Part shown: one piece after another, positions 60,365 to 64,000 of the stretch | Layout: each line of letters starts with the position of its first letter | How positions within the stretch are numbered: position 1 is the stretch's first letter | Position numbers and translations under genes: made by a program | Assembly (NCBI GenBank): GCA_038245055.1 | Contig: JBBRSV010000009.1 | Location: forward strand, 911-64,910 | DNA length: 64,000 nucleotides | Source of the DNA: Chitinophagales bacterium | GTDB taxonomy: Bacteria; Bacteroidota; Bacteroidia; Chitinophagales; Chitinophagaceae | Direction of reading: 5' to 3' | The notes under the pieces: generated by a model | The model's database searches: none | Told to the model about the DNA's origin: nothing | What the model saw: the letters and a program-made list of their open reading frames with translations, nothing else

Positions 60365-63300
60365 TCACTTAAAATTTCTCGCTCCGGGAAAAATATTTTC
60401 CTGCGACGATGAGCGTTTCTGCGACCTTTTGTTTTGAGCATGCGCGGGAATAGAAGTTTCATCAGGACGGGCCAAAGTCGAAACCTGCGGCTCTTCGTTA
60501 TAAGAAGGAGTTAGATGCCGCAATAATTTTGAAAAATCATAACAGCGCTTTACAATCACATGTATCACTTCACCCTCAACTTGCACTTTACCTTCAACCA
60601 TTATTAGCCTCGATTGCAAAATTTCCTTTCTGAATTTTTCAAAAAGGCTTTCAAAAATCACGAGGTTTGCAAATCCTGTTTCATCTTCTATCGTCATAAA
60701 GCAAATACCTCCGGCTGTGCCGGGACGTTGCCTTACTAAAACGAGGCCAGCAACTTTTACGAACGCTCCATCTTTAAACGTTGATAATTGTTTAGTTGAA
60801 GTAATGCGAAGCTGTTCCAGTTTTTCTCTTATAAAACTTACAGGATGTGCTTTTAATGAAAATGATGTCGCTGCATAATCATGCACCACGTGTTCGGAGA
60901 TTGACATAACGGGAAGGGTTATACGCTCATCTTTTGCATCCGCAGGCTGCTGACCGGAAAATAGGGCACAAGGCCTGTCTTTGGTAGATACTTCCCAAAG
61001 AGCCTGGCGCCTGTCGAGCCCGATAGATCTAAAGGCATCAGCATCTGCTAATTTTTCCAATACTGCTTCGGGCAATTTAATATCCCGTAGCTCATTAATA
61101 TTTTTATACATTTTTTTCCTGTTACAAATAAGAATATTAATATCCTCTTCTCTTAAGCCTTTAACTTGGCTGAATCCCAAGCGTAAAACACAATATTTGC
61201 CTGACATTTCTTCCAGCTTATTATCCCACATTGAAAAATTAATATCTACCTCCCGGGCTTCTACGCCATGTTTTCGTGCATCGCTAATTATTTGCGCCGG
61301 TTGGTAAAATCCCATTGGCATACTGTTCAATAAGGCACAAGCGAAGACATCAGGATAATAACATTTAAGCCATGAAGAAACATACACGAGCAATGCAAAA
61401 CTTGCTGCATGGCTCTCAGGAAAACCATAACTGCCAAAGCCTTCCAACTGCCTAAAAACCCGTTGTGCATATTCCAGCGTATAGCCGTTTTTCATCATTC
61501 CCTGGACCAGCTTTTCTTCAAACTTCGTAACCAAACCTTTTACTTTAAAAGTTGCCATACTTCTACGCAATTCATCAGCCTCCGAAGGCGTAAAGCCGGC
61601 GGCCACAATTGCAATTTTCATCGCTTGTTCCTGAAAAAGCGGTACTCCTAAAGTGCGGCCCAAAATTCCTTCCAGTTCTTTAGATGGATATTCTATAGGT
61701 TCTTCTTTATTCCGCCTTCGCAAATATGGATGTACCATATCTCCTTGTATTGGGCCGGGACGAACAATAGCAACTTCAATCACCAGGTCGTAAAAGCAGC
61801 GGGGTTTAAGCCGTGGCAACATCGATTGTTGTGCGCGGCTTTCAATTTGAAATACACCGATTGTATCTGCATGGCAAATCATGTCATATACTTTCGGATC
61901 ATCTTGTGGGATATTCGCCAACGTTAGTTCAAGGCCATAATGTTCTTTTGCCATATCAAAAGCTTTGCGAATGCAGGTTAGCATACCTAAAGCAAGCACG
62001 TCTATTTTCATAAATCTCAGCGCGTCAATATCATCTTTGTTCCATTCAATGCAAGTCCTGTCTTGCATTCGTGCATTTAATATTGGAACAAGGTCGCACA
62101 GTTTACCACGCGTAATAACAAACCCCCCGGTATGCTGGCCAAGCTGGCGCGGAAATCCCAGGAATTGTTCTGTAAGCTGAAGCACTTTACGAAGATGCAT
62201 GTCGCTCGTATCAAAACCTTGTTCCGTTAACTGCTTTCCTTCAAACCATTCGTCAGTAAATTCCCAAATGGAACCAGATAAACGATTGATCGTGTCAACA
62301 GATAAACCCATTGCTTTTCCCACATCTCTTATTGCGCCTTTTTGGTGCTGCTGTGTAACGGTTGCGACAATAGCTGCACGCTCACGGCCGTATTTATTGA
62401 AGATATATTGAATTACTTCTTCGCGCCGCTCGTGCTCAAAGTCCACATCAATATCAGGCGGTTCATTGCGTGCGGAAGAAATAAATCGTTCAAATAAAAG
62501 ATCGAATTTTGAAGGGTCTACCGAGGTTATTCCCAAACAATAACAAACAGTAGAATTCGCTGCAGAGCCACGGCCCTGGCAAAGTATTTTTTGTTCCCTG
62601 GCAAAGCGAACAATATCATAAACCGTTAAAAAATAAGCAGCATAATTCATCTCTTCAATAAATTTCAATTCATGATTAATGGCATCAATTGTTTTAACTG
62701 AAAGCTTATGCCCATAGCGGTCTGTCGCTCCCAGCCATGATAAGTGGGCGAGTTCTTCCTGCGGGCTTCTGCCTTCTGTTGTGATCTCTTCAGGATATTC
62801 ATATTTTAATTCGTCTAAAGAGAATTTGCATGCACTGGCAATTTCCTGCGTGCACTGAATTGCTTCCGGATATTGCCGGAATAACCGAGCCATTTCGTCT
62901 ATGGGTTTCAGATATCTTTCCGCATTGGGGTGCAACAGGTAACCAGCGTTTTGGATAGTGCATTTTTCGCGGACACAGGTTAAAACATCTTGTAGTTGCC
63001 GGCGCGCTGCTTCATGATAATGAACATCATTTGTTGCAACGATTGGTACGTCAAATTGCGTGGCCATTTTTTTTAGACGGTATAAATATTTGCTGTCATC
63101 GCCCTGGTACCGCCGGGATGCGGCTAAGTAAAGATGATGCCCAAATGCTTCACGATATTCCTTTAAAATATTTATAAAGGATGTTTCAAAATCAAATACA
63201 TTATTTAATTCTCCCGGCGGTAGCAATATAAATTTTACATCTTTTGAATAGTCATAAACATCTTTTTTATACAAATGACAATCACCTTTTTCTGCGCGAC

Positions 63301-63589
63301 GGTTGCCAATAGTTAAAAGATTGCATAACTGCGCGTACGCGTTTAAGTTAGTAGGATAAGCGAGTAGGCTGCAACCATCGAGTAAATCAAGCCTACAGCC
63401 AACTATAATACGAATTCCATTTTTTTTAGCTGCTGCATGTGCCCGCACAATACCTGCAAAACTATTCCTATCCGTTATAGCTATTTCGCTGTATCCTAAT
63501 GCTGCTGCATGTTCTACAAATTCTTCAGGATGAGAAGCGCCACGTAGAAAACTAAAATTGCTTGTTACTTGTAACTCAATAAAATTCAT
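60365..63589 (-). CDS. dnaE2: Error-prone DNA polymerase III alpha subunit DnaE2
   Basis: PHP N-terminus, QGRGSAANS, PPDIDVDF, KIDVL, FPESHAASF, OB fold, C-terminal RNFK tail. Confidence 0.96.
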   Translation of the reverse strand: MNFIELQVTSNFSFLRGASHPEEFVEHAAALGYSEIAITDRNSFAGIVRAHAAAKKNGIRIIVGCRLDLLDGCSLLAYPTNLNAYAQLCNLLTIGNRRAEKGDCHLYKKDVYDYSKDVKFILLPPGELNNVFDFETSFINILKEYREAFGHHLYLAASRRYQGDDSKYLYRLKKMATQFDVPIVATNDVHYHEAARRQLQDVLTCVREKCTIQNAGYLLHPNAERYLKPIDEMARLFRQYPEAIQCTQEIASACKFSLDELKYEYPEEITTEGRSPQEELAHLSWLGATDRYGHKLSVKTIDAINHELKFIEEMNYAAYFLTVYDIVRFAREQKILCQGRGSAANSTVCYCLGITSVDPSKFDLLFERFISSARNEPPDIDVDFEHERREEVIQYIFNKYGRERAAIVATVTQQHQKGAIRDVGKAMGLSVDTINRLSGSIWEFTDEWFEGKQLTEQGFDTSDMHLRKVLQLTEQFLGFPRQLGQHTGGFVITRGKLCDLVPILNARMQDRTCIEWNKDDIDALRFMKIDVLALGMLTCIRKAFDMAKEHYGLELTLANIPQDDPKVYDMICHADTIGVFQIESRAQQSMLPRLKPRCFYDLVIEVAIVRPGPIQGDMVHPYLRRRNKEEPIEYPSKELEGILGRTLGVPLFQEQAMKIAIVAAGFTPSEADELRRSMATFKVKGLVTKFEEKLVQGMMKNGYTLEYAQRVFRQLEGFGSYGFPESHAASFALLVYVSSWLKCYYPDVFACALLNSMPMGFYQPAQIISDARKHGVEAREVDINFSMWDNKLEEMSGKYCVLRLGFSQVKGLREEDINILICNRKKMYKNINELRDIKLPEAVLEKLADADAFRSIGLDRRQALWEVSTKDRPCALFSGQQPADAKDERITLPVMSISEHVVHDYAATSFSLKAHPVSFIREKLEQLRITSTKQLSTFKDGAFVKVAGLVLVRQRPGTAGGICFMTIEDETGFANLVIFESLFEKFRKEILQSRLIMVEGKVQVEGEVIHVIVKRCYDFSKLLRHLTPSYNEEPQVSTLARPDETSIPAHAQNKRSQKRSSSQENIFPGARNFK

Positions 63590-63663
63590 AATAAAATTAA
63601 TAAGGTATTCAAATGTTAGGTGAAATATTTAAATGAAAAACAGAAGAAAATACCATGTAGGAT

Positions 63664-63999
63664 TTAAGCAAAAAAACCATGAAGAAACCATCGATACGTT
63701 TTATCAGCATCGTAATGTCCTGATCGAAATAACCAATAACGATTTCCTTCTTCGTCTTCAACAGAATAATAATCCCTGTGCTTGCCTTCCTGCAGCCACC
63801 ATTCCTGTTCAATACGTTCTGGCCCATCTGCCTTTAGTATTTTATGTATTTTGCCTCTATACCGAAACAACATTGGCGGATAATCCGGGATTGGCGCAGT
63901 AACCTCAATTGCAACTGGGTTTACTAATAATTGCAACGGCCTTGGTTTGTTCACTTTCCATTGGGTTGCTGTTTTTTCATTAATAGATACTGCTGGCTT
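63664..63999 (-). CDS. imuB: ImuB (Y-family polymerase-like) C-terminal part; gene continues beyond the window
   Basis: RPLQLL..P.., GPERIEQEWW, RDYY.VEDEEG.RYWLFR, WFLHGFFA; frame open to the window edge; upstream of dnaE2. Confidence 0.85.
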   Translation of the reverse strand, partial: KPAVSINEKTATQWKVNKPRPLQLLVNPVAIEVTAPIPDYPPMLFRYRGKIHKILKADGPERIEQEWWLQEGKHRDYYSVEDEEGNRYWLFRSGHYDADKTYRWFLHGFFA

Positions 64000-64000
64000 A

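Noticed and set aside
1559-63902. Numerous 60-150 aa ORFs overlapping larger genes on the opposite strand or in alternative frames
   Set aside because: Shadow ORFs of well-supported genes; no motifs or independent signals

Overview
This is an AT-rich bacterial chromosomal window from a Bacteroidota organism. Gene content and protein style suggest Chitinophagaceae (inference). Left part: lipoprotein MsrB, an ECF sigma/anti-sigma pair, an NlpC/P60 peptidase, a 995-aa DUF6067/GH123-like hydrolase, and a complete L-arabinose operon (araB-araD-araA-sodium symporter-NrtR/AraR regulator) with a palindromic operator candidate. Middle: two separate exported M16 peptidase pairs; a Tat TIM-barrel/GMC/Gfo-Idh-MocA sugar-oxidation trio; tandem MacB/FtsX permeases behind a sigma54-type promoter and enhancer; and a ribokinase/FGE-fold fusion protein/GRP transporter locus. 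Right part: mixed accessory genes (PAS kinase, cupin, USP, amidase, LytS/LytTR, SnoaL-like, APC permease, SDR, dipeptidase, alditol-oxidase-like FAD enzyme, GH3), ending in dnaE2 and the 3' end of imuB. Reading outside the ORF track also shows a 41-aa lipoprotein with its own terminator, six decayed or deleted gene remnants, several structured intergenic elements (one a possible H-type pseudoknot leader), and an 11-bp motif in four intergenic regions. I found no rRNA, tRNA, CRISPR array or intact mobile element. Family assignments come from motif recognition; no database search was run.
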